DNA from: Atractiella rhizophila
Taxonomy: Eukaryota
Assembly: GCA_021432655.1 (NCBI GenBank)
Contig: MU271223.1
Span: 1-64,000 of the forward strand
DNA: 64,000 bases
Direction: 5' to 3'
Position numbers and translations under genes: made by a program. Shown one piece after another: positions 24,207 to 40,753 of the stretch (within the stretch, counting starts at the first letter, position 1; each line of letters begins with the position of its first letter). Below the pieces are notes generated by a model that was given only the letters and a program-made list of their open reading frames with translations, did no database searches and was not told where the DNA came from.

Positions 24207-27200
24207 ATGACGGAGAGCTCAACTTCACAGAGTCAAAACGCATCGACATCTACTTCTAGACCAGTAAAGCCAGTCTTTAAGTGTCCAGAGTTCGTCAGTG
24301 CAGATATCCATGGAAAGAGCTGACTTGCACACATAGCTGCGACAATGTTTATGCTCGAAATTCTTTTGTAGAGAGACATCGAAGGCTCAAGCGTGAGTGC
24401 CTTGAGTACCTTTCGGTGCCCATTGCTTGTGGATAACATATGGAAACAGACCTTGATATTCGTCCTTTTGAGTGTGATGGCTGTCCGAGCAAGTTCTCGC
24501 GCTCGGATCTACTTTCGTCAGTCTTCTTCGATTCATTACTAACAACTGACAACTGTCCTGCTTGCAGCCGTCACAAGAAGATATGCCCAGGAAAGAAGGA
24601 GCAACAAGGGGAAGTTACGGGTGACAACGCAGCGTCTACATCGAAAGGAAAGCGCAAAAGACCGACTGCGGGCGATCCTCAGTCGAAAAAGAAATCAGGT
24701 TTGTTTTTCAGCTCTCACTCTAACTGACTGAACGCATCTGCAGCAGTCAAGGGCACATCTGAGAATAATGATGTGTCTCAGGGTCTCCCGGGACCTAGTT
24801 CTATAGGTAGTCGACCAGATGGGGCAGTCTTTCGAGCGGGTGGGTTTATTCTGCTCAGGATTGAATGAAACAGGACCTGACGGTGCGTTAGCCGTGGCAG
24901 AGACAGATCGCGATATGGATATCCTTGTGCAAAGCTATCCCTCGTATAGTCGTGCTGGGGTTGTGGAAGAAGGGATTCCAAATGACACCTCAACAACTGG
25001 CTATGACGGCAATTCGCCATTTGTTTCCGTTCAAGACGCCGCATATCTGCTTCCCTACTCTCTCTCCCTCAATTCACTACTGGAAGAATCTGTTAGGCAG
25101 AACCCAGGTGTTAGCAGTGGTACGCAAGACTCAGTGCAGTCGCTGATGGCGGAGAAACAAGATGCAAGTGATTCTGCGCCTTCATACTTCGCTTCTCCAA
25201 TGTTAGCGGAAATGACCTCTTTTCTTGCTTCCGGTTCTCCAGCGATTGGTTTCACGAATGTTGGAGGTGCCACCTCAGCGAACGACTCGCCAGAGTCAAT
25301 GAATTCCAGTCCCGACAACCTCCCGTCGAACTGGGACATCTCTCAGCTCGCCAACCTGCTTGGGATCTCGGTCGATCAACTCACCCAGCAAGCACAAGAA
25401 GCTTCGCCCCAATTGCAATCCCAATCAGACGCAGACCTCACACACCCACCCCAAGCAGCCTCCCCCTCCATCGACTTACTCCTCGCATCCCTTCTCGATG
25501 CTGCTACTGCAGCCGCTCAAACTCAACCTCAGACTCAACTCGATCTTTCGCCTCGGCAAACCCCTCTTGATGCCACAACTGCACTTCGGCCCCAATCTCA
25601 ACCTGATCCTTCGCCTCAACAACAAACAGATTCATGTAATCACGCTGAAATCGTCAGGTACAAAGAAATTGGATTTGTACCCCAAGATGTCTTCCTCCAG
25701 GATCAATTTGGTACTACAGATCAATTCTACATGCCTAGCCATGTCTTTTCCAAAGGTAAGTGATTCATCCTAGATCATCCACTCACTGAGGGTGGTCAAC
25801 AGTCTACGCAGTTCCAGGTTATCGGCAAGATACTTCCTTGATCCACTTCTGCAACTGACTTTCCCATGATAGGATGCCTCCTAGAAAGACCCTCGCCAGA
25901 TATATTGCCAAAGCCTATAATTTTTTCTGTAACACCTTTCCCGTTCTCCACACAGTCTCTACTCGAATATGGGAGTGCAATCCTCAACTTTCCTTCAGCC
26001 TTTGTGTCACCGGAGCGTACTATGAAGACACGGGTGACGAAACTGACTTTGTGCGCTTAACAACCGATTCCTCCCACCTGAATCATGCTTAACTCGAGGT
26101 TAGGTGGACAAAATTACAGAGAAGCGACCATTTATTCTTCGCGACTTTGACAGTAATCAAACCACAGAGGAAGGTCGATTCGCCGATCTTCAGGCCTTTC
26201 TTGTCTATCACTTACTTAGCTTGGCTCTTCGACAAACCTCTGCTCAAGCAGCAGTTACACAATCTTACCATGGTAAGTTCTATACCTTCCTTTAGGCGGT
26301 CACCTGATGTAGACTGTGCAGGTTGTACCATCATGATGGCAAGATCTATGAAACTGGCTGAAACCGTGCGAAATCAGAAGCAGCAAGAACTCAACGAGGA
26401 GGAAGTGCCCTTTCTCAGAAACCTTCCGCCTGATGATAGTCAATTGGATGCTATGTGGCGTCGCTGGATCAAACGCGAGACCGTAAAACGGTTCGTCGAT
26501 TCATTTCCCTATCTAAGCTCCCCTTATGAAGATTCCAGGGTGGCTTTTCTCGTTTGGCTCGTCGACCTTGAGTGCTCAGGACGCCTAAATTATACGTACC
26601 CGCTGATGAAGATTACGGAGATGGACGTGGACCTTCCTTTCCCCGATGCTCTTTGGACCGCACCCAACGCTCAAGCTTGGTATCCACAGTATATCAGCTC
26701 TAAAAACAAAGCCGTTTCCTTCCTCCTGGTTGTTCGTCTCCTCCTTAGCCAAAACACAACTGGTGACTTCGAACTGGGGAGCACGAGTCCGAAACTGAGT
26801 GAGCGTGTTTCTCTGTGTCATATTTGGCTGAATGGAATTGTAGCTGTCTGGGATCTCCCCGACATGTCTGGTTTCCCTGAAACCGTTCTCCTCAAGACGC
26901 TTCTCTTCATCAAAAAGCTCATAGCCAAGTGCAAGGCGCAGTCACATCCCATCCCCAAGAGCTTCATATCCATCGGCTTGCAAGGGAATGATTTCGTTCT
27001 ACTATTGGAGAAGGTCGAAAAGGCAATCTGGAGGCTCAGGAACTTGACTTCGGATCAGCGGCTCATGGAAGAGGATGAAGGAGAATGGATCGATAGAGCA
27101 AGACCAAGTTGGAAGAAGGGTAAGGTCCAAGCTCCTAACACACCAACTTCAGGGGAACCATTGTGAGTTTGCCTGAATCCCATACCAAAGCTGACAGCAT

Positions 27201-27245
27201 GTCAGGCTTGAGTTCGCCGCAAGTTGTGGGCACTGTGATAACTAG
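24207..27245 (+). CDS. C2H2/fungal-specific TF, paralog 2
   Basis: FKCPDCDNVYARNSFVERHRRLK-HLDIRPFECDGCPSKFSRSDLL-RHKKIC; WRRWIKRETVKR...EMDVDLPFPDALWTAPNAQAW. 3' end inferred through a final intron. Confidence 0.85.
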
Positions 27246-27501
27246 CCAACGATCTGTGTATTTGCTTTCACTCTTAAAACAACCGTTCGTCCATTAGTAT
27301 TCCCCGTTCATAACGTTAGCATGGCCTTGTTGTTATTCCAACATGATGTGTGATTTATAGAGTCGAGAGGTGAGCATGATGGTATGAAAAGGAGATTTTA
27401 CTCATGAACAAGCTGACGGATTGTGGTTCGAGGATAAAACAATCGCATATTGCATACCATGGCGTAAAACATACGAACAGATAAAAGAGTTTTGAGGTAT
27501 C

Positions 27502-28081
27502 TCATACCACGGTTCCAGCATTGGAAGCAATACGAGGCCAGAGATCGGCCTATAAAAGTCCTCGTCAGTTAAGCGTACAGGTGCAGCAAATGGTAAACGT
27601 ACACATTCTTTAGCAACAGGTCCAGCAATAGCAGATCCCTTCATTTCACCTTTCGGGTTGACGATCACACCAGCATTGTCCTCAAAGTAGAGGAAAACAC
27701 CATCTCTCCGCCTCCAGGGTTTCCTCTGGCGGACAACGATGGCGGGGTGGACTGTTATTCGTGGATAAACTTTCCCTGCCTTACATGTATGAGGAGACTA
27801 CGCACCCTTCTTCCTCAGGTCAGGCTTTCCCTTCTTGACTGTAGCAAGGACCATGGCACCGGCAGAGGCAGCAGGAAGACGGTTCAGCCTTGCACCGAAA
27901 CGAGTGACGGAGATGATCTTCAATCCCATTTAACTTACGCCAGAGCAGTATACTCGACAGAACTCACATAAAGGTTCTTCGCACCACTGTTATCTGCGCA
28001 ATTCATGACCGCTCCAACGGGGAGAGCCAGGGTCATTCTGAATTTGGGCTGAGCGCCACCACCTCGGGAAGTTTTAGCCAT
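27502..28081 (-). CDS. RPL23: 60S ribosomal protein L23 (uL14)
   Basis: [80 protein letters not shown]. Confidence 0.97.
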
Positions 28082-28374
28082 CCTTTCCTAACTCGAGTTA
28101 AGTCTATTCCCGCCATCCATCAGCTCCACTCCCTTTACACTCCTAGCATAAAGCTCACCGTTTGTCGTTTGAGGTCCCGTCGAGAAAAACAAGAAGCCTC
28201 CAACTTAGTTAGGGTTACAGTACGCACGTTTCTTCTTGTTCGTACAGGTGTTCGCTCGGCAGATGCGAGACCGGGAATAACCGACCATTCCACGACAATC
28301 AACAGTCATAAGAACCTCACCTCCTCTTTCTCATTCATTTCTGTCCAGAATTTTCGCTCTCAAGCAAGTTCAAG

Positions 28375-29894
<1,520 letters not shown>

Positions 29895-30659
29895 TTTTGC
29901 AGCAGATCTATCGGTATTGTTATGTTCTGTCCATCACCTTCGAATCCTAAACGCTTCCGCGGTTACGCTGTAGCCTTTATCGCACAAATAACTCTGGTTT
30001 TCTTCTGATCGAAGCTGAAACATCAGTGCCACGGATGTGATTGGTGATTGGAACGGACCCAGCTTGATACTCCTTTCTCACGTTTACTGGGATCAAAGCC
30101 GCTACCCGCGTATTCCGGAGCTGAGGAGTACCCTCTCGCCCCGGACCGCGCAAAGCATGCTGAGGTTATGTTTCGCTACTCCGGTAACCGCGCCAGAAGC
30201 GTGTGCTCTTTCTCCAATAGCCTGCACGTTCACAAACCTTCGAGCTTCAAGTGCGCTTCTGTCCTCTTTTCCTTGGCTGTGGTTGCAAGCCGGGGCCAGC
30301 ACACGACTCTCGATGCATTTGCGACAGCAAACCGCCATAGAAGAGTGGACGAAAGAGAGTTCAGCAAGCAGTCAAAGGAACAACTCCGAACCACAAAGAT
30401 TAAATCTCCACAGAATTTATCGCACTTATTGCTTTGTCGGAACTGGATAGGAAAGAACTGGGCTCCGCCATAACAGGCATTTACACTTTTTTGACGCCAA
30501 AATTATTTGTGGCATGAAGATATCATTCTACAAACAAAGCAATTATCTTGTAACAGTGCTGTTCATTCCTCTGGACACAACAGCGCACGCATACCTAGAG
30601 TAGAAACGAAGTGTGATTGACTAACTCTGCTGGAGGAAGTTCTTGCTAGGAGTGGAAAG

Positions 30660-31213
30660 CACCTGCACCTTCGTCCGACTAACTGTTGAACACGTCCACA
30701 TTCACTGTGGCAATGGAGAGAAGATGTACGACTTTGCAGACATCCACAACTCTACGATTATTCCTTGGATCAAAGATAAAGGATATGGCTGAGGAGCATC
30801 ACGGATGCACCACAGGAGAGTGTTGGAATATATCACATTAAGATATTAATATGATGACCAGGGAGGAATGGAGAGAAAATGGTATTTATCTCCCTGTCTA
30901 TCAGGAGAATGGCGAAGCGGAGGAGCTGGAGCAGTGGATGAAAGATGACAAACCTCCGCTCAGGAAGGAGCTTCCAACCTTTTAACAAGTAATTCAGAAG
31001 ATCAAACAGTCAAATATGCTGGAAGTCGCAACTTTGAATGAAGATAATTTTAATGACTTAAATGTGCAGGAATTACTTTAAGACGACGTGTATGAGCCTA
31101 CCAACCTTGACCTTCGCAAATGCCAAGAAGAATCAAGATCTCAAATTGAAATGCTTGAAATTCTAGCTCTACAATCAACAATCAGCTTCCTAGGCGATAA
31201 TCATCCAATCTGA
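30660..31213 (+). pseudogene. Possible decayed coding sequence of unknown family
   Basis: One frame reads as protein-like (FVRLTVEHVHIHCGNGEKMYDFADIH...IEMLEILALQ) but has several TGA/TAA stops. No family recognised. Confidence 0.3.
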
Positions 31214-31372
31214 TCAGAAAATGCGCATCACGTGTAAAGTTGTTTATTTGGCGCTGCTTTGAGGTTGAACGAGAAGGTATAAAACGACCATCCTCCAAGA
31301 ACGAGCTTGCCCTCAGTACATTTCGGACCCCGGCACTCAAATCGCGTCCCTCCACGCTCAGAAACACGCAAA

Positions 31373-31783
31373 ATGCCTCCAAGATCCAAGACAGCCGAGA
31401 AAGCTGAAGGTGCGCATTTCCCTCTTTCCCGCCCGTCTCCACGGTCACTCACCATTTTTGCAATGGAAGGCGAAAAACCAAAGTCCAAATCAGCCCCCCC
31501 TCCCGCCGTGGACGCGCCGGACGCGACAGAGACTTCTCCTGCTGCTCCGGTCGAGGCTGAAACCGAAAAACCCGTCAGCACCAAACGGAGCTCGGAGGCG
31601 CTCGAGGATGGCGAAGGCGATAAGCCACCCGCTAAGAAGAAGGGCAGAGTGGCCAAGAAGGTGAAGGAAGTGAAAGACAAGGTCGAGAAGGCAGTGAAGG
31701 AGAGAAAACCGAGACAGAAGAAGGAGAAGCCAGCGCCGAAAGAAGGAGTGAGGAAGAGCAGCAGGATCGCCAGCACGAAGTGA
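31373..31783 (+). CDS. Small Lys/Ala/Glu/Pro-rich basic disordered protein (one intron, ~31410-31469)
   Basis: MPPRSKTAEKAE|GEKPKSKSAPP...KKKGRVAKKVK...EGVRKSSRIASTK*; strong coding-like bias and a canonical intron. Confidence 0.75.
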   Translation: MPPRSKTAEKAEGAHFPLSRPSPRSLTIFAMEGEKPKSKSAPPPAVDAPDATETSPAAPVEAETEKPVSTKRSSEALEDGEGDKPPAKKKGRVAKKVKEVKDKVEKAVKERKPRQKKEKPAPKEGVRKSSRIASTK

Positions 31784-32621
31784 ATAGTAGAATCGAGGGT
31801 GAAGGTATGAGATTTAGGAGTGATGGGTAACTGTAAGATTCATTTTTGAGTCTAGTTGGATTTGGCGTTTTGTGGATTTATTTCCTTTTTCGATTTTGAT
31901 GGGAGCTACTTCCACTCCCTTCCTGCCCTTAAGTATCTTGTTCTTCTGTTTGTTGGGTGAATACCGTCTCCTATCCCATTTAACCCATCCTACCATTTCA
32001 ACAAGTTCTATGTTACCATGAGCCTGTCTAGCGAAGAGACAAATGTGTGGATATTGTTCGATATTCATTAGCTTCTTCACTATTGCTGCTGTCAGTCATC
32101 GTGATTCAAGTAGTGCGTTGTTGTCATCCTTCATGCTTTCAGTGCCCTCGTTACTCTCCTCGGCCTGATTACTTCTTCTTGCCCTTGTTTTGACCTCCCG
32201 TATTTCTATTCTACAAACGTAGGAGTTCGTTACATTTCCATTCCATGAACAATTGTTGTTGGCTACCTCCCGTCTGAATATGATACAAAGAAACGATGCT
32301 CGTCCAATGGAATCAATCATGTCCTTACAATAACCCTTTCTGCTATCGTCTTCTCTAAAAAAAGACCTACTTTGCAACAAAGTAAGATCCCAAGATGAAT
32401 GAAGGGATATCCATGCTCAACCTATCAAAAAGAAAGAAAGTTTGCAGCGGAGTCCCAGACGTGTGGCTCCCCAAAATTTGTTGTTCGACTCTCGATCACT
32501 CGACCAGCGACACAACTGAGCTCGCTCGCCGGCCGCAGGAAGAGCATATAAGCAGAAGAAAAGGTGTTCCAGTCACTCGCTCCGAAATACCTCCTGACCT
32601 CCTGCCCTTTCCGGTGTTAAA

Positions 32622-34992
<2,371 letters not shown>

Positions 34993-35705
34993 TAATTCAA
35001 TTTTTGCTTTCCCCCATTGAACCAAATTTAATTCGTAAGTCTTTAGTTCAGCTCATTCATTACCTTACTCACCACTCGAAGACTTGGATCATGGCACAAA
35101 TGTAATCTAGATGTAGCATCATCATATTCAGCATTTCGTTGGACCTATCATAGGGACAGGAGTCTAACAAGGGATTGTCAGTCAGAACTTGAATAAGCTT
35201 GAATATTCTGAAACCATTAAAATCAGATGCTTCCGTTACACCTTCCCATTTGTTCCGGACTGATACTATACAAATGTGAGTAAAATGAGAGTAAGAGAAA
35301 TGAAACGAGATTTTAGACTTATTCAAGTTCGAAACCAATCGCAAAGTAATTCGTGCACAATAAAGAATCGTAAACGTCGTAGCACCGATAAAAAATGAAA
35401 TCATTCTATATATACCTTTGAGAAATTCATTTGGTAAAGCAACCGAGGCAAGGCAACAAGTATTAGTACAAAAGATGGTAAAAGGCTATTGATTTTTGAA
35501 AGTGATGTGAGGGAACTGGTAGCAGGTATCTTGTCGTTGATCCGTTTATTGACGAAATAGAGACTGAAGGTATCACTGATCCGAATTTCGAAGTCGATTT
35601 GGCACTGAGACGATTGTGTTTTGAAGCATTCAGGTTTCAGATTTTGTGAGAGAGCCGAAATTGCGCTGTGGATGTGAGAAACGGACGATGAATGAGCTGA
35701 AGATC

Positions 35706-38700
35706 CTATTGGAGTTGTGACCGTCTGATGGGCGGACGCTTTCTTACTCTTCGACGGATTGGGGAGATGTTGACAAGTTGGCCGTGACCTTCAAGCGAAA
35801 AGTCAGTTGGCCCTTCCGTTTCAGGGCTTGAACCTCTGTCCCTTTGTTTTAGCTTCAGGGAACCGTCCTTTCCTTCAAGCCTGGCGACGGCATCTTCCAA
35901 CGCCTCTCTCCGACTTTTTGTCATATTCCCCGCTAATATTGGTCCAAGAGAGTCCTCGAATGATGTCTGAGGTGCAGGTGTTCTCTTGCTGAGGATTCGT
36001 GGAGCCAGCCGGGCAGGAAGAGCGGTAAAATGGCTGAGCTCCTTCTCTTTTTCTGGTGAAGAGATGGATGTGAGAGCATTGATGCGACTGATGGAACGGG
36101 AAGAGGACGGCGTCAGATCCATTCTTTTCTTGACTCGCACCTTCTTGACTGATGAAGGGGAAGCAAAAGAGAGCTCGTCTAGCTGTTTAGCGAAAAGCGA
36201 GGCTTCGCTTCCCCATGGAGCAGGGCTAGGCGATGGAGGTTGCTCTTTCGTAGGAGTCTGTTGAGGGGTAAAGCTAAACATCCCCTTGACAGGAGTAGGA
36301 TCGGGTGTGGATGACTTCCGCCAATGTTTGAACGGAGACTGGACCTTCGTAGGTTTGTGGACGAGGGCTTGGAATCTCGCACGGGAGTCTTCGAGAAACT
36401 CGAGAACGAGGAGGGCCTTGCGGGGAGGATCAAAACCTTGAAAAACTTAGATCACGCTCTAGAAATTGGATTTGTGCTCACCGATGACGGCGACGACCGA
36501 CTTTGCGGTATCGGGCCAATCATTCCGACTCTGGACAATCTCCCTCCATGCTGCCCTCTCAAAATGTATCCACTTCAACTTCTTCTCATGTTCACGCTCC
36601 TCATCTGCCAGATCGTCCATGATTCCTGTCAAGGAGAAAGGATCGCTATCATTGTTTTTCCTAATCGATTTCGAGAAATCGAAGGATCGTTGCTGCCATG
36701 ATACTCGCTCTACGTCTTCATGAATGACTTCCTTGAGAACTTGTTTCTTGTACGACCCCTTTTCCCGTTTTCGAGGCCGCAGACGTTTAGCAGAAGTACC
36801 AACCAGGTCTCGAGATCTCGCTCGCAGGTTCCCAAAAGGATGCCGTTCCTTGTCCGGGGTCGTAGGCACATTGTTCTCGGCACTATTCTCGACGCGCGGA
36901 ATCGATGAGAGCTCCAACGTGGCGGTAGGTGGATTATCGAAGCGACTGAGGAGACCGGTGTCCACATCATCCAATTGCATGATAGGTCGCGTGGATTCGA
37001 AGTAGAAGCCAGATTTGTCCTCCTTCGATGAGTCTTTAATGTGAATTGAGAAGTCGACAGAAGCGTCGACCGCTTTCGAAGACTTACGAATCGGAAAGTC
37101 GCTATAATCCTCAGAAGGAGACTGCTCCCGCAAGCCCAGTAAAGGTCCTATGGGGTCCAAGAAAGTCGGACGAAGGAGTTGACCCAACGATTCGGCAGGT
37201 GAAACCTCCCTTGCGTCATACCGTTTACCGAGATCAGGAGAAGGACTTTGAGCCGGACTCTCCGGCGACAGTTCTCTGGAAGCAAGGTAGCCATCGTGGT
37301 CGAAATCGGAAGGACTTTCAGGGCTGAATTCCCTCTCTCCAAAATGTCTTGCATCCGATTCAAATTCCGGTGACAGCTCCCTGTCCGAAGGTGGAAGGGA
37401 ACTGAGGAAACCATTGCTTCGTTGGAGATGGCTAGAAAGAGCAGGGGAAGCTCCATCGAACGTCTCGAAAACATCGTCGACATCGGGGCTGAATTCTCGA
37501 TCATCTTGACTCCTCTCTGTCGGTGAATGTGGTGGCTGAGAGAGGGAAGCAGAACCTGGAGAAGTTTCTCTTTCTTCCCTATAGAACAGATCGTCTACTT
37601 CCGGCGAGCCTTCCCTGGAAACATTGTGCGAAGCTTCTGCCAGGACAGCAGAAACGTCCTCAGGATCGAGAGGAGAGACTTCGCGGTCGTCATAAGAGTC
37701 CTCGAACGGAGGGGAAAGGTCTCGGTCGAAGTCAGGGGTAACCTCTCGACTGTTGAGTGTGCGTGCGCCTGCTAATTGCGACATATCATCGGATTCTCCT
37801 TCAAAATCCAGATCAGGAGTCCGGATCTTGAGTGGACTATCACAAAACCTCTTTTCTTTCAGGTGAGAGGGGAATATGTCTGCGTCTCCAGCGTCGTAGA
37901 ACCTAAGAGGACTTCCTTTCCTCTCCTTCTCAGCCAGACTCGCGCTTGCGCTTCGAGAAGGGTGAAAAGACCAGCTGGTGAAATCATCAATACTGTCATC
38001 CGCCGCTCTACGGTGGAGAACTGCGAAGTCTCGTCTGGACTGTTTCGAAGGAGAGTCGACTGCTCGGGAGAGGGAGATAGACGAGTCGATTTGACGGAGC
38101 ATCTTATCACCGACCTATATCTCATCTATCAGTCTGAGCACAAAGAGAACTGAAAGGAGACTCGCCGTCGGACGTTCTGGCCTTTCAAAGCTTGAACTGT
38201 TCCGTATCGACAACGACATATCCATCGATCCTTCAAATTCGTGATCAGAACGGCCCGCTTCCTCCTCTTCCACACTCGCAACCTCATCTTCCTCAGGCTC
38301 CACATTGACGACGGCATCGATAAGATCGTCGAGCATCTGCGTCGTCTCTCCCTTCTCTTTCCCCCTCAAGCGTCTTCTTTTCTCCAAAGTGCTCAAAGGG
38401 GAAGAGGCAGGGGTGGTACTCACTTCCCGCTGGCGAAGCATGACTGTCTCTTCGTCCTTTACTTGCGAGAGCGGATTAGGATTGGCGTGTGCGATGGACC
38501 GTGGCATGACAGCTGTAAAGGACATGGATTCCTCTTCCATCTCCTTCTCCAATTGAAGTTCAGACTGAGCGAACAGCTGGGAGTCTGCATCGGTGTGTAG
38601 GGTGGTCGAGAGCTTCGACGGCGCGAAAGACGCGCGAACTATCAACCACCAGATCGCACATTAGCCAACGAGCCTGCCAGAAGAAGAAAAGAATATGAAA

Positions 38701-40266
38701 GTGGGTAGGACGGAGGGACTAACCAGAGGCGGGGGAGATAAAGAATCCGTTCTCATCCCTGGCAATAGTCGGTAGCTCCTTACTTCCCGGTCTCCTCCTC
38801 TTACTAAGCTCGAGCTCAAGTTCGAGGTCGCTCGACACTTGCGAAACTCTTGAGTGGACGCTACTGATGCTCTGTCCTCTCGAATGGCCATGAACGCGAG
38901 AGTCTCTAGCTTGAGATTGAGCAGAGGAGGAAGCACGTCTGAACTTGGCTGGCAGGGGAATACGCGATTTCCGTTTCTCTCTCCAGGACGGGATGGGGGA
39001 GACGGGACCATCCTCTTCTTCTTCTTCTTCCTCCTCATCCTGGTGGCGCTGCAGGCTACCCCGTCTACCTTCCAAAGGGGACGATCCGCTCCTCAACCGC
39101 TTTTTGATCGACTCCCCAATCCTTCTCAGCGATCTGGTGGTGCCGGTGGATACCTTCCCCTTCTCGACCTTAGCCGGTGTCGAAACCCTCTCCTCCCTCC
39201 TGCCAGTACCATTGGTAATTGCATTTCTGTCTCCGACTTCGCGTTCTGGCGTCTTCTTCGGCCGCAATACGAACGGTGTGACCGGAGTCGGGAGGCCATT
39301 CCCGTAATCGACACCAGAACGAGCCTTCCTAGTGGCATTGTTGGCCTTGACGAGCTTTTCTGGGGTTGTCGGCTCCGAGCTGACGTGTGGACCTTTTTTG
39401 GTAGGAGAGAGCGAGGAGGAGGCGAAGAGACGACTTCGTTGTCGCGCCAGGAAGGAGGGTTTGGACAACTTAGGCGTTCGTGCACTTGAATGCTCTGGTT
39501 GTTGAGGTTGAGGTTGAGGGGATGTTTGCGGGTGGGAAAACAATGAGGAGCGAGGGGTGGGGGGATAATCGAAGTGGGAGGTCATCCGTGAGGGTGAGGG
39601 ATGAGCGTTGTGAGATTGCGGAGTGGACTGGACATAAGAAAGAGGGACGGTTTGGTGAGTGGGTGTTTGTGGCGTGGATGGCTCTCCTTGTAGTTCTCGG
39701 GGATGCGGTTGGCGAAGGTTAAGAGGACTGAGGGCGGGTTTTGTCTTTCGTTGAAAACTGAATAGGGCAGGGATGCGCGTTTTAGGAGGCGATTGAGGAC
39801 TAGCGAGTTGCGGATTCGTGTTTGTCGGAGGTGGGGGTTGGGGTTTCTTGAGCTTTTTCGAAGGTGACGGAGGGGAGAGTGATGCCTCTTGGTAGGGGTG
39901 ATGGATGACAATTTTGCTCGTCGACGCTTCCTTCGACGCCTTCTCCTTCTCCTTCTCTTTCTTATCCGAATCTACCCTCGCGCGCACGCGTCTGGGGATG
40001 CCGCTCTTCTGCTCGTTTCCGCTCAACTTCGAATGCTTCAGTCCAGAGGATGGAGAGGGAGAGGCGCCGAATCTGAAACTCCTATCCAGCTCCCCCTCCA
40101 CCTTGTCCAGCGTTAAATGCTTTCCACTCCCTCTCATCTTCGACGCTCCCATCCTACCCTTCCCCTTCACGAGACTGTCCGGCGTGGCCATCCCCTTCGC
40201 CTTCCCATGGGCCAGCGTAAACGCCAAGAGCGCATCCTGGTCGAGTGGTATTCTATTTCGTGACAT
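35706..40266 (-). CDS. Large Ser/Pro-rich intrinsically disordered hypothetical protein (about 4 exons)
   Basis: Consecutive long minus-strand ORFs (38719-40266, 38115-38645, 36459-38102, 35706-36281) separated by intron-like gaps. No recognised domain. Confidence 0.65.
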
Positions 40267-40753
40267 CTTCGTTATTCAATAAAAATCGGGAATACTGTAA
40301 AGCAAAGTGCAATGTGATGGGCAGTGGTTGGGGTGATTGCGAGGAAGGGTATAAGGGATTCCAAGAGCTCCAGGCTGGGCGTTTAGCGTGTTGGGGATGG
40401 TGATCATATACTCCCCATGCCAGCGATGGACCCTTGATGCCTGCCTTGATGCACCTCGCGCGTGGGAAGGGAGGATGGAGGATCGTCGTCGTCGTTGTTT
40501 TCGCACTTTTTGTTGTTTTGGAAGTGCCCAACACACGTGACGAACCTTAATCTGAACTCTGGCCGACGTGACAAACTTTAAATATTTTCGCTACAAACTC
40601 TAAATATCCACGTGACTTTCCACAAAAGCAATTTTTCGAAGTCGCGTCTTTCTTTTGATAATAAGTACGAATCAACGGCATAGCATTTTAGACGGAATCG
40701 CTTGCATAACTTGGTCATAATTGCCCATAATATAGCTGGCAGAGCGGACATTC

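Noticed and set aside
35069..35404. 111-aa minus-strand ORF in the AT-rich spacer after ALT1
   Set aside because: Composition is typical of non-coding AT-rich DNA; no motif.
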